Below, one piece after another: positions 12,601 to 26,770 of a stretch of DNA of 64,000 nt. The number at the start of each line of letters is the position of its first letter. The stretch's first letter is position 1. This stretch comes from Piromyces finnis finn (lineage: Eukaryota > Fungi > Neocallimastigomycota): contig MCFH01000024.1 in assembly GCA_002104945.1 (NCBI GenBank), positions 124,001 to 188,000 of the forward strand, given 5' to 3'. The notes below the pieces were generated by a model, which saw only the letters and a list, made by a program, of their open reading frames with translations, had not been told where the DNA came from and did not search any database. Position numbers and translations under genes: made by a program.

Positions 12601-13842
12601 AATTCAAAATTTCTCTATTACTTCTTTGATTGCAGATGTTTTCATTTTAATAGGTCTTCTCTATATTATTTGTTCCGATTTATTTATTATCTCTAGTGAA
12701 GGTCCAAGCAAAAACTTTACATTCTTTAATAGTGATAAATTCCCGTTATTCTTAGGAACAGCTGTATATGCCTTTGAAGTAAGTTGTCCTCACTATTATT
12801 GTTTATCATATATATATATTTTCACTATCTATTTCTAGTTGTAAATATAATATTAATACTTTTTAAATTATTGTGTTTTAGGGTATTGGTTTAATTATTC
12901 CATTACAAAGATCTATGAGAGAACCAGAAAAGTTCCCAAAAGTATTAAAGAAAAGTATGCTTATTATTTTCGCCTCAATGTTTATGGTTGGAGGTCTTTC
13001 CTATTATATCTTTGGTGATGATGTAATTATTTTTAAATTTTATTATTTAAAAAATATATATATTGTATATACAAAATTGTATATTTTTACTTTTATCTTT
13101 AAAAAATATTTTTATCTATGTCTCTATTTATTATGACTAGTATAAAACTAAGTATTGTATTTTTTTTTTATTTTGTTTTGTTTTATTTTATGATCCTTAG
13201 GTTCATACAATTATTTTTATGGATGTTTATCCAAATTCTGCTATCGGTACAATAGTTAGAGCTTTATATACTTTAGCTATTATTTTCTCTTTCCCATTAA
13301 CCTGTTATTCTGGTATCCACATTATTGAACCACTCTTTGTACCTAGAAAGGGACCATTTAGATCTTTCCATTTAAAATCAAAGAAAAATATGTCTATGAA
13401 TAACTATGCTTCCATAACTTCAAATGACAAAGAAATGAATAATGCCAGTAGTACTCATGTACTACCAGATGAAGAAGAAAAGAAAGGTGCTTCTACCTCT
13501 CTCACTCAAAATTCATCCTATTCTTCTCTTCCAAATCGTCGTAAGAAGCGTGAAACTGGAAAAAATAGTAACACAATTAAATGGATGAAAAATATATTTA
13601 GAGCAGTATTTGTTAGTAGTTTAGGTGTCATTTCTTACTGTGGTGCCTCTAATTTAGATAACTTTGTATCTATTATTGGTAGTTTTGCATGTATACCTTT
13701 AATGTTTATCTATCCAGCATTATTACACTATCGTGGAGTAGCCGAAACTTCAAAAGAACGTTTAACAGATATTTTAATTATTATTATAGGTACAATTGCT
13801 ACCGTATGGATTACAAAACTTAGTTTAGATGAATGGAAATAA
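9607..13842 (+). CDS. Vacuolar amino acid transporter, AVT3/AVT4-like (Aa_trans family)
   Basis: Exons about 9607-10795, 11383-12239, 12452-12778, 12882-13023 and 13201-13842. Motifs LKGGDYARDIFKFQ, IPGGFRREF, NFIDFLALYGHYAG, LLLKAFIGTGILFLP, FLGTAVYAFEGIGLIIP, IGSFACIPLMFIYPALLH match yeast Avt3/Avt4. Confidence 0.9.
10955..11192 (+). repeat. Intronic minisatellite, 53-55 bp unit, 4 full copies plus a partial copy
   Basis: Unit TAGGATT(G)A(n)GATGGAAGAAAATTAATACARRCAATATCGATTWT starts at 10957, 11010, 11064, 11118 and 11173, inside intron 1 (10796-11382) of the transporter. Confidence 0.95.
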
Positions 13843-14743
13843 TAGAGTTAATTTAGGGCGAATTTAGAAAGTTAAAGTATAAATTATTTAAATATTATAT
13901 ACAGAAAAATGATTATAAAAGAAGAAATTTAAAAAGTTTGGAAGAAAAAAAAAAAAAAAAAAAAAACACCCTCGAAAAAAATAAAAGTAAAATAATGTTT
14001 AACCTTTATAAGATAAAATAATATTAGAGGAAAATATATATATATATATATAATTAAAAAAAAAAAAAAAAAGAAAAAGAAAGGAAATAAAAAATATATA
14101 TTAATAATAAAATATATTCAATTTAAAGAAAAGCTATTTTTTTCTATATTATTTTTATTTATTTTATTTTATTTATTATTTTTTTATATATATATAATAT
14201 TATATAATATTAATTTTGTTTTTTTTAACATTATTAATATTATAAAAACAAAAAAAAACAAAAACTATCCTACCCAATTTTCTTATTTTTTTTATTATAG
14301 TTAAATGTAAAATATATATATATATTTTACGTAATTATAATTGAACTATTATATTAATATATAAATAATAATTAATAAAAAAAACTAATTTAATAATAAT
14401 AAATGATTTTTTATTTTTTTTTTTTTTTTTTTTTTTAACTTTTATTTAATTATTTTTTAATTCATAGTTGCAAAAATTGATTATAATTAAATGATCTAAT
14501 AAGATCAATGATGATATTATTCATAGTTAATCTTTATTAGTCTTTTATGACAATAGAAATAAAATATAATTCTTTTATTCTTTATATTTTAAACAATTAA
14601 ATTATTTATTGAAATAATAATAATAATAATAATAAAAAGTATATATGTAATATGTAAAATATTTTAAAGGATAAAATAAAAAAAAATAGAAAAAAAAAAA
14701 ATTCAATATAATTATCATTAAATAGTATTAAATTATTATTTAA

Positions 14744-15469
14744 TTAATTTTCATTATTTGATGAGGATAGTTGTAAAGATAAATCTAAAATAAGTTGATT
14801 TTTTGTGTTTAACTGATCTTGTAAATTTTTTATTTTTGTCTTATATTTTTGTAATTGTAGATCATAATTTCCTTTTAAGGAAAAGTGACCTATACCACCA
14901 CTAGTCAATTCTTTAGTATTTAAATCGGCAATGGAGGAGGAAGAAGAAAGAGATGCTGAAGAAGAAGAAGGTAATAATTGAGAAGGTGGTGATCGAATAT
15001 TTTTATTATTTCTTAATATTTTTGTTTTAGATGATGTTAAATTTGGTATGATATTGCTGGAAGGGGTTGAGGATAATGATGAAGATGAGGATGCTGAGGA
15101 TTTCATAGGATTAGCATTATGTGGATCAAAATGATTATTTTCAATAGGTATATTTAATTTTTGTGATGGAGGTCTTGGAATCATGGGTGATTTTCTATGA
15201 TGTTGATCTTCCAATATTTTAGTATTTTCATTCTTTATTTCATTTAAACTATTAGTATTGACTTCATCATTATCCTTATGAATGTCATCTTCATCATCAT
15301 CACTTGAAGAAGTGGAAAGTGAAAGAGATGATCTTCTACCATCCATTAATTCATGATGAGATATGAAATAATTTTTATCATTTATATTACTTGAGCTATT
15401 CGAACCTAATAAATCATTATCATTTATAAGTTGACTTTCTAATTCTTTAATATATATATATATATATAT

Positions 15470-15508
<39 letters not shown>

Positions 15509-16247
15509 TGAATATAATTTTTTTATGTTTTTTTTTAAAAAAAAAAAAAAATATAAAAAAGTTAGATATATATACAAATTTTGATGATGATAAGAATTTA
15601 TATATATATATGTATATAAATTATAAAATGCTTACCTTTTATTTTATTTTTTAATTCAAAAATTTCTATGGCACTTTCCATTTTTACTTTTGATAAATTA
15701 GACCTTAAATTTTTTAATGTTTTTTCATAATTATCTTTTATTACGGCAATCTCCTTGTCCTTCTCATTTAATTTTAATTCTAAATAATGAATTGTGGCGG
15801 TAGTTCCGTTAAATTGCTTTTTTTGAAGAAAAGGGCTTGTTGGGGTAGAAGAGGTGGTGGTGGAAGTGGTGGAGGTGGAAGAAATTGTAGTAGAATTAGA
15901 TGTTAAATTATTTGTGGAAGAGGAATCAAAAATAGAAGTAGTAGTAGTAGTAGTAGGATCATTAAAACTATGAATAGGTATATTATTATCAGGTTGTAAG
16001 GGGGTTGAAGATGAATTTGCTGATTTAATTGATCGTAATGGTTTAGATGATACATTTGGTTGGGAAAGGATTCCATTAGATTGAGATTTAGCTTTTGAAA
16101 GATTGGAAGGTAAAGGAGGTTTCAAATTAAAAGATTCTATGTGAGATGAAGGATTCACCTTTGATAGAATGGGTGGAGATAAAGGTACAGGTGAGGGTGA
16201 AGTAGTAGTAGAAGTATTTCTATTTTCATGTATTATTTCTTCATTAT

Positions 16248-16284
<37 letters not shown>

Positions 16285-17390
16285 TGATTTGAATACATAT
16301 ACATTCATATTTTTTAAAAAAAATTAGTATAAAGATATCAAAAAGTAATAATAATAAAATATTTAAGATATAATGATATAATATATATATAATTTTAAAA
16401 TGAAAAAAATTACTTTTGGTTTATTTAATCTTGAATTAACCAATTCATATTCCAATTGAGATATTTTTTTTTCGGCATTACAAAATTTCTCTTGTTCCCT
16501 TATTAATTTACTTTCATACTTTTTAAAAAAAAAAAAAAAAAATCAAATATAGGTATAATAATAGTTGTTATAGTTATTGTTTTTTTATATATATAAATAA
16601 ATAAAAATAAAAAAAAAAAAATAAAAGTTATTATTATATTAAGGCATTATATATTATATAGGCATTATATATTATATTGGAGTGATACAGAATAAATTAT
16701 ATATTTATTTTACCTTTTGTTCAGAAAAAATCAATTTTTCTTTTAGTTTTCTTATAAGTTTATAGGATTCTTGAAGTTTTACCTTTAATTCATCTGATTC
16801 CTTTGAATAATAATAATAAAAAAAAATAAATATCATTATACATAGATATAGAATTAATATTAATATTATAAAAAATGATAAAAAAAAAAAAAAAACTCTA
16901 GTGATATATTTTTGTCTATAGATGAGATAAAATAATATTTGTTTTCTTAATACTCCTTTTCCTTTTATAATTTTAATATATAGTTTAAAAAAATTAAAAT
17001 TTTTACATTCTTAATATCTTCTGTTGTTTTTCGTAGTGGTGGTGATTTATTGTTAGATATATTATTAGAATTATGGAATGATTTATTGCCTTCCTTTTTT
17101 TCATTTTGTTTTTTTTCGAGAATTAATAGATTATGTAACTATTATATTATTATTATTATTTAATCATTGAAAGCATTAATAATTAGTAATAGAAAAAATA
17201 ATAATTATAATAATAAATAATTATAATAATATATAGTTTTTTTTAAAAAAAAAAAAAAAAAAAACTTTAATATTTCACGTTTTATTATTTATTACTTCAA
17301 TTTCTTTTTCTTTTGATGTGGTGGTAGTAGAAGAATTATCATTTAATTTTAACATTTTTCTTTCATTCAATAATTTATATTAAAAATGAT
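14744..17390 (-). CDS. Multi-exon coiled-coil, Ser/Thr/Pro low-complexity protein of unknown function; 5' end uncertain
   Basis: Joinable exons with heptad-like segments (KLQESYKLIRKLKEKLIFSEQK, KYESKLIREQEKFCNAEKKISQLEYELVNSRL, YLELKLNEKDKEIAVIKDNYEKTLKNLRSNLSK, LQLQKYKTKIKNLQDQLNTKNQLILDL) plus ORFs 15598-16158 and 14744-15346. Confidence 0.6.
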
Positions 17391-18510
17391 ATATATATAT
17401 ATATATATTTTTATTCTATCTAGAATTAACATTTAATTCATTCATTCTTAACCTTCCCATTTTATGTTTTTTTTTTATGTTTTTTTAAAACTTTAATTTT
17501 TTACTTATCATCTAAAACTTTATAATTTTTATTTTTTTTTTTTTTTAATTTTTAATTAATGAAAAAAAAACACAACATGAAGAAAATTAAAAACTTTATT
17601 CAATCTTAATAAAATAATAGAAAACATTATAAAAGAAGGAAAAAAGACTTTTTTGTTTTATAAAAAATTTATATAATGCTTTATTAAAATAGTTTTTTTT
17701 TTTTTTTTTTTTTCTAATAGAATTGAGAACTATTTATATATATATATATATATCAACTATAATTTCTGTATAAATATATTTTTTAAAAAAAAAAAAATAC
17801 TATAAATTTGTTACACTATTTAAAAACAAGTGTTAATATAAAATGTTTTTATAAACAATTATCAAATAAAGAAATGTCATGAAAATCTGTTATATTTTGT
17901 AATAATTATAATAAGGGTTTTTTTTTTATCCTCTTTTGATATTTTGATTTATAAAACTATTCTATTATCTAATATTGTTATTATTATTTATGGAAAAATA
18001 TTATTAATATTTTTTTTATATAAATTAATCTATTAAAATATGAATGTACACAATATTTATTTAAATAAATTTATAATATAATTAAATGTATGAAATAAAT
18101 AAAAGTCAAGCCTAATTAAAATAATTAATTTATTTTTTGGTAAATTCTATGGTTACTAATTTTAAAAGATTGGTATAAAAAACAGGAAATAAAATAAATA
18201 AACAATCAAAAAAATCTGGGGTTGAATTATCACTTTGTATTAATATTCTTTTTTTTTTTTTTTTTTTTACTATTGAATACATAGTAAAAATAAATTTAAC
18301 CATTACAATATTTAGAATACTATTTTCATATATTATATTTAAAAAATAGACTTTTAAAATAATTATATAATTAAATATATATAATTATTTATACTAATTA
18401 CTAATAAGAATAAAAAAGATAAATCATTAACTGATAAAATCAGTATAAAAAAAAATATTAAATTTTTTTATAATTTTCTTTATAGTTTAAATATAAAAAT
18501 ATGAAAAATC

Positions 18511-18519
18511 AACCAATCA
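18511..18519 (+). promoter_or_regulatory. CCAAT box (AACCAATCA) about 150 bp upstream of BNA6
   Basis: Exact match to the NF-Y/Hap2-3-5 consensus RRCCAATCA; the same 9-mer occurs upstream of other genes in this window. Confidence 0.5.
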
Positions 18520-18667
18520 CAAAACAATAATAATTGTATTTTTTAAGGATATTAATAAAAAAAAAAGGCTGCCAAACAAACAAAAATTTTATCTGTACAA
18601 ATTAAAATATTTTTTATTTATAATTATTTTTTATAATTTAAAAAAATATTATTAAAAAAAAGTAAAA

Positions 18668-20429
18668 ATGACCACTACTATCGTTGGAAACTTAGAATGT
18701 TTATTACCACCATCCTGGAAGACTACCATTGCTGAATGGATTCGTGAAGATACCCCATCTTTCGATTACGGAGGTTACGTTGTTGGTGATTCCGATGAAG
18801 TTGCTATCTTATACGGAAAGTCTAAGGTATATACAAAATTAAAAAAAAAAAAAGCAACAATTTGTGTTATATATATATCTATTTTAAGAAAATAAAATAA
18901 TATAAAATAAACAGTAATAAATTCAGTGAAACATTAAAATAAAAAAATATATATCTATAAATATACACATTTATTCAAATATACATAATTTACATTTTCC
19001 ATTTTATAATACATATTATAAATACTATATATAAAATAAATAAAATAATTTTATATTTTTTTTTAAAAAAAAAAGGGTAAATTAGCTGGTGTTCCATTCT
19101 TTGACGAAATTTTCAAGCAATGTGGTTGTAAGGTTGAATGGTTATTAAAGGAAGGTGATGAATTCGATCCAGCTACTACTGAAAAGGGTCGTTTCGAAGT
19201 TGCCCGTGTCTATGGTAAGGCTAGATCTTTACTTCTTGGTGAAAGAGTTGCCTTAAACACTATTTCTCGTTGTAGTGGTATTGCTACCAGGTAAAAATAT
19301 TATTTCGTCAATCTATTAAAAAAAGGAAAAGAGCAACAATTTTATATTATATTATGTGATATAATTTGTTTTTTTATTAAAAAAAAACAATCATATAATA
19401 ATAATATAAAAATATTAGAATAATTTATTTTAAATTTAAAATGGATATATATACAATAATAGATAAATAATAAAAAAAAGTTATTTCAATATATATAGAT
19501 ATCTTTTTAATAAAATATGAAGAAGATATCGTTATTAATATATAAAAATTTAAATCAATATAATATTCATACTATTTTATCATTATTTATAAAATAAATT
19601 ATTAAAGAGCTACCAAGCTTGCCAACTTAAAGGAACAACACCAATGGCAAGGTGTCGTCGCTGGTACCAGAAAGACCACTCCAGGTAAAAATTATAATAC
19701 GATATAATTATATGAAATGAAATATATCTTGTGAAAAAAAAATATTTATTATTAAATATAAAAATTTTATAAAATATTTAAAAAAATGGTTTAATTTATT
19801 TTTAATAAAAAAAAGGTTTCCGTCTTGTTGAAAAGTACGGTATGCTTGTTGGTGGTGTTGATACTCACCGTGTTGACCTTTCCTCTATGATTATGTTAAA
19901 GGATAACCACATCTGGAGTCAAGGTTCCATTACTGCTGCTACCAAGCAAGCTAAGAAGGTTGGTGGTTTCGCTCTTAAGGTCGAAGTTGAATGCCGTACT
20001 GAAGAAGAAGCTGAAGAAGCTATTTCTGCTGGTGCTGATATTGTTATGTTAGATAACTTCAAGCCAGCTGACTTAAAGGTTTCTGCTAGACGCTTAAAGG
20101 AAAAATTCTCTAACCGTACCGTTTTAATTGAAGCTAGTGGTGGTATTTCTGAAGAAAACATTGTTGACTACTTTGACAACTGTAATTTTTTTATTAATAT
20201 ATTTAAATATTATTTTTTTAAATATCAATTTCATAAATATGTTTTTTAACGATCAATGGATAATAATATGATATATTTAAAAATAATATATTCTTATGCT
20301 AATTTCTTATATATTCTATACTCTTTATATAATAAAATAATAATAGCTGTTGATGTCATCTCTCTTGGTTCATTATCTCACGGTGTTCCAATTATTGATT
20401 TCTCTTTAAAGATTCAACCAAAGCACTAA
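18668..20429 (+). CDS. BNA6: Nicotinate-nucleotide pyrophosphorylase (quinolinate phosphoribosyltransferase, QPRT/NadC)
   Basis: Five exons; [91 protein letters not shown]. Strong codon bias (GCT/GGT/AAG) suggests high expression. Confidence 0.97.
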
Positions 20430-20671
20430 ATTTCATACAAAACATAATGAATTAAATATCATTCAAAATTCAAAATTCAAAATAAAAAACGATAAATAGC
20501 CCATATTCTAGTATAATAAAAATATACAAAACAATGCAAAGTATGATAAAATCGGGGAAAATTAACCTGTTCATACTAGAAATTATTTATGAATCATAGT
20601 AAAATATATATATAAAATTTAAATATATATTGTGTATAACAAAAAAGAGGGCATATGTAATTATAACAGAG

Positions 20672-20703
<32 letters not shown>

Positions 20704-21189
20704 AAGAAAAAAAATAAAAATAATATAAATTAAAAAAAAACTACTACTTTATATTTAATTATTATTCTTTTAAAGAAGAAGGAAAGAAAGTCATTAAAGT
20801 TTGAAGCAGTATTGTAGAATTAGAATGATCATTAATTCTGTGATTTTATTTTATTTATTTTTTTACACCTAATAACAATATTAATATAGATTCTGTGATA
20901 TTTAATAGAGTTTTTTTAAGAGTATTTTTTTTTTTTTTTTTTTTATTACTCAAACTAAAAGACAAAAGTTTTAGTGTGAGGAAATAATCTGAATGATAGT
21001 AGTGTTATACCTTTTTTTACACCTTCAACTAATTTCAGATATTAGTTGTTGTTTTTACCACTATATAACATAATATTAAATTTACAATATTGATTTTAAT
21101 TCTGTAGTATTCATGTGTCGTTTTAAAGAATATTTTTTTCTTTTTTTTTTTTTTTTTACTTTTTTATTTTATTTTATTAGTTAATAGGC

Positions 21190-21860
21190 TATTATAAGTG
21201 AATTGAGGATTCTTACATTCAGATATTTGTGAAGCACAACAAATGAAATGTTTTATTAAATGGAAAAAATCAAAAAATGTATTAGTAAAATATCTCATCC
21301 GACTTATTCCCTCCCATGACTTCATTACTTTTGGACCAAAGAATCTTGTTCATTTCATAAGAAACTTTTAAAAATTAATATTAAAGATGTTAGAGAGCAT
21401 TATTGGAATAATAGTAACCTAAATAATGAAAGTAAAGCCCTTAGATATACTAACAACAAATTCCTCAATTCAAACCAATCTTACGCATATCAGTCTCAAC
21501 AAATCACTTAAATTTAGGAATCACTTGAATTATTTTGCTTTTATTGAAATTACATTAATTTTCTAGATTGACTGCATTAAATGTGGATTTAAAATTTTAT
21601 GCAAAGAATCTTATTAAAAGAAACCTTATGTCAGACACCTGCCCTAGTATTTGTTCTTGTTGTGGTAATATTAATAGTATTCCTAGTCCTGCTCCTTTTT
21701 AAAAAATGATATTATTCTAATTACACCTTATCAGAGGAACTTTCAAAAAATACTTAATCTAGATTAATCTAATTCTCGATTTGGTGATATTTTATTTTAT
21801 TAGGTAGAGGTCAACCTCACACACAGTACAAACTTTTATCGAATAATTATGCAACCTTTA
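21190..21860 (+). mobile_element. Decayed 3' fragment of a non-LTR retrotransposon ORF2 (post-RT region and Cys-rich C-terminus)
   Basis: GC-richer island with frameshifted segments SELRI / DICEAQQMKCFIKWKKSK / YFWTKES / EHYW..SKA..Y.NNKF / IKCGF / DTCPSICSCCG / FILLG. Family resemblance is from recall only; several stops and frameshifts. Confidence 0.45.
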
Positions 21861-23509
21861 ATACTTTTTATATTTTACTTTATATATATAGTTTTATTAT
21901 TTTTATTTATTATTTATTATATTATCAATATTAATCTGTATTATGTATGTAAGATTTTATAAATTACTTTTAATAAATAAATAGAAAAAGAAGCGTACTA
22001 TCTTCCTTGTCAAAGTTATAATTTTCCCAGGCTTATTTGCTAAGATTGAATGTATGTGTTTAATTTTTTATTTAATTTTTTTTCTTTTTTTAAATATTAT
22101 ATTCATAGATTAAAATTTTAAATTTTTAAAATAAATGATATTTCAAGATATTTGCTGCTGCTATTAAAACAAAAAACATACATAGTAGAAATATATTATT
22201 TTAATTTAATGAACTTATTCTTAAATTCAAATGACTTTTTTACTCACTAATTTTAATAAATTGACCCTTCTCAATCTTGAAATAATGTAAATTCCACTTA
22301 TTCACGAAATTAAATATTAGAATTTTATTTTTCATAATATCATCACCAAAAAAAAAAAAAAAAAAAAGGATGCCTTAACATCAACTATTATTATCATTAT
22401 TATTATCATTATTATTTACTCTAGAAAAATAAAGACTTTTAATTTTTTTTTAATATAGATATTTTATTATTAAAGATATTGATAATATGATGATTTTTTC
22501 TTGATTTCATTCTTTCTTTTTTTTTTATTTTTATAATAAAAAAATAATAAAACTAAAAAAAAAAAAAAAAACTTTTTAAATAAACAATAATTTATTCTAA
22601 CAAAGTAGTTATTAAAAAAAAGGGGAAAAAAATAAATAGTAGTAAAAAAAAAAAAAAAAATTTAAATAAATAATGAGAAAAAATATATATATATTTTTAG
22701 TTTTAATATACCAGTCTTTTTTAAAAAAGGAAAGAAAGAAAAGAATTGAAAAGATAAAAAAAAGAAAAAGTTATGAGTTTTTTTTTTTTATATATTTAAA
22801 AAAAAAAATAATCATTTTTACATATATATTTATTTTATATATATATAAAAAGGGAAATAAAATGATATTTAATGAAAATATATAATATATAAAAAAATGA
22901 ATTTTATAAAATATTTAATTATAATTTTTTCTTTTTTATTATTGTAAAATGTTTAATTATTTTATGATAAATATTATATTTGTATTATTAATGTTTTTTA
23001 TAATGATTATTATTATTTTCCTCTAAATATCAGTAATTCTCTTTTTTCTTTCTCGCTTTTTCTCTTCCTCTCTCTCACCTCCTTTATATTCACTTTTTTT
23101 TCTCACTTTATATAATGATTTATAAAAATATATATAAAAATAAAATTCTTGGGTTTTTTCTTTTTTTAAATAAAAAAAAAAAAAAGGTATTCATAGTTTG
23201 TGTTATATTTGTATAGTTATGTTTATATATATTGATATACACACATAATGTTTATATATCATAATTAAAAATTAATTTAATACAAAATAAATTAAAAAAA
23301 ATAATATATATAATCCTGCTTTATATATATATATAGGTGTATAAGTTTCTCTGAAAATTTTTTTACGCATTCTTTTAATGATTTTGATTTTTTTTTTTTT
23401 AATATTTTTCACACTATTTTTTATTTTGTTTTGTTTTGGAAGATTTCTGAAATATTGCATTATTGATGTTTTATTGTTATACTGATATAATAAAAATATT
23501 TTTTGTACC

Positions 23510-26500
23510 TTAGGAATTTTGTTGTTGTTCCTGTTGATTTACTTGTAGTGGTATAGTAGGTTGATAATAATATTCATTTATTGGTTTTACTGGACTCTTT
23601 TTAAATGATTTATGAAATGTTGGTTTATATACATTAAATATATTTTTCTTTTGTATACGTTGATTATTAAATTTTTTTGATTTAAATAATCTTCTTTCCC
23701 CTGAGAATATAAATTGTTGTTGTTGGGATTTATTATTATTATTCTTATTATTATTCTTATTATTATTATTATTATTAGAATGATTGCTAAAATTTTCTTT
23801 ATTCTCTTTCATCTCTGATGATACTATTGAACCCTCGGTGACTTCATCTTTATTTATTGTGGTTACTGGAGACACAGATGTTTTGGATAAATCATGAGCA
23901 TCTTTAGGTATTAAGGTAGTATTTGAATTGGACAAAACTTCATTATCCTTGTCTTTATTGGTACTATTCGTGATAAGATTCTTATTATTTATTTTATAGG
24001 CATAATTACTATTACTTTTGTTGTTACGATAATGATGACCACTATTATTTTTCTTAAAGTAAGGGATATATATACGTCTCTTTCTATTATTATTAAAACG
24101 TTTATAACTACTACCATATCTATAACGGAAAGAAGAATTTATTTTGGAAGGGTAAGTAGGAGCATGATCAATATATAAATAATTTGATTGATTATATGGT
24201 GTGGAGGAAACTACTGTAGCTATAGCTTGTGCAGGGTATAATATCATAGGGTAGAGAACAGGTAAGCCTTGGGCATTAGGAGTAGCAGCAGTGGTAATGA
24301 TGTAAGGTGTAGCTACATTATATACTAGTGGACAATAAGGTGATGTCATACCATTACTATTTCTAAAGTATTGTGGTGGAATATAATAGGAATAGCCTTG
24401 TGATCCATTACCACCATAATATCTGCTTCTTCGTATTGGTTTTATCATATGTCTTTGCATTATGCTTGGGGAACCATAAGAACGGGAATGGGAAACTACA
24501 GATGGATAATAATGTTTATTTCTTCGACTAACTCTCATTGGACCAGAAGAGTAAAATACGGAGGATTTATTTATAGTTGTGGTATTATTCGTTAAGGGTG
24601 ATGTGGTAGTTGAAGAGTTATTATTAATACTTATATTTACATTAATATTTGGTGAAACATTTTGTCCTTGTTCCTTATCAAGTATAGCAGATGATTGTAC
24701 AGTTAATTCTGTGGTAGATTCCGTTAATGTATCCTTTGTAGAGAAAGTAGATGTGGTGGAAATCTGTGAATAGTTTGGATGAACCAAGGTTGCTGAAGAG
24801 GAATCGGATTGTTCTGAGAAAACAGAAGACACAGATAAGGAAGGAGATTGTTGAATGGAAGATGCGGTACTTATAATAGATTTCACTAAATAAGGTTCCT
24901 TAAATGGTGAAAGTATCATATCTGTAATAGGTTTTGGTGATAATGAAACATTTTTCTTTGAAGTATTATTAGCTAAATCATCATGTGAAATTAATGTTTT
25001 AATAGAAGATGTGGATGAATTAGATAATTTATTAGACATAATTTTATTATTATTTTTGGTAGTATTTGTATGTTCTTTTCTATTTGATAAAGAAATAGAA
25101 TTTCTTTTATCTCCCATTCCATTATAATTCTTATGTATAAGTTGACCATATTTTCTCGATTCTTCATTATTTATCTTATTGAATTTATTATGTTTTACAA
25201 AAGTTTTTTGATTTGTATTATTACTGTCTATTTCTTTCTTGGTTTGGTTCTTTTTTGGAGATAGGAATTGAGATAAATCTGGTTCTGGATTTATTAATAT
25301 GATAACATCATCTTCTGAATCACTTAATTCTGATGAAGTAGAATAATTATCAGAGCCATCACTAGATATGTATGAATCATAGCATGTATCTTCATCATCT
25401 CCAACAACAGATGAATGTGATGATGAAATACTTTCAGCTAAAATATATTTGTAATGAAAATAAATATTAATAAAAAATATATATATTAGAATATATTAAC
25501 TACTTTATATTAACAGAAAAAAATAGAATTCTCAATGATTAATAATATCTTTCTCTTTTTTTTATATATAAAGTAAATAAATCAAGTTGTTGTTACTTAC
25601 CGTCCAATGAAGCTGTAGGTTGGGAATATTTTATAGTATTCTTTGAATCTATTATTGGACATTCATTTGATTTGATTTCCTTATGTTTCTTATCTTCTTC
25701 ATTTTTAATTTCTTGTATAACAAGTGTAGAAGGTACAGTGGGGATAGAAATAGATGGAGTTGATGTTGTTGTAGCAATAGCTAAAATATCTTCTGTATGT
25801 ATTTCATGGGTATTTATACCATCTATCTTTTTTTCTATTATTTTTTTCTCTTGTATTTTCTTTATTGGGTATGTATTCTTTTTATCCTTTTCTGACACAA
25901 TAGAAACTATTGAAGATGTGGATTTATATGATATATTATTTATGGAAGTAATTGATGGAGTTGAGGCAACAAGTGTCTTTCTTGAAGATGATAAAGATTT
26001 TGAATTGATAGTAGTAGCAGATGTAGATGAAGATGCTATGGATGCAACTGTAGTTACTAATGAAGTACTACTTGATGATGTAGTAGTAGAAGTAGAAGCC
26101 TTTTGGATTATAAAGCTTTCATAGAATATAGGAACTGGTGATGGTGGAATAATAGACGTGGAGGTGGATGCAACATTATCGGAACAAACTAATCTTTGTC
26201 TCTGCTTTCTATTTCTCTTTTGCATATTAATTTGATAATTTGATCCATTTTTATTTTCTATTAAAATTCATAAAAATTATAAAACAAAAAATAAAGTTAT
26301 TATAATTATTAAAGTTAAAAAGGTAAATGGATATTGTAAACATTAGAATAAAACCAATATATTTGAAAAGTAAATCATTACCTTTCTTTATTCTTGGACT
26401 TTTTCCTTTAGATTTACTTTTAATTCTTTGAATATTATTTCTATATAATTTTAATTATACACATATTTATTTAAAAAAAAAGTTAGGATTATTTTTGAGT

Positions 26501-26714
26501 TTTTCCTTTTTTCTTTTTTTTATAAAAATATAAATTAAATGTGAAAATTATAATTACATTTTCTTTGGTAATTCAAAGTCAATAGTTTTAAGGATATCTT
26601 CAATTTTCTTTAAAAATGAAAATGGAGATTGAATTCTGTATAGTTTTTTACAATACAAAAAAAAAATGAGTATTATAAATTAAATTTAAACATAAAAAAA
26701 AAAATACTGTCTTT

Positions 26715-26770
<56 letters not shown>

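Noticed and set aside
24579-26124. Plus-strand ORFs 24579-24773 and 25672-26124
   Set aside because: Antisense shadows of the minus-strand Ser/Thr-rich gene.
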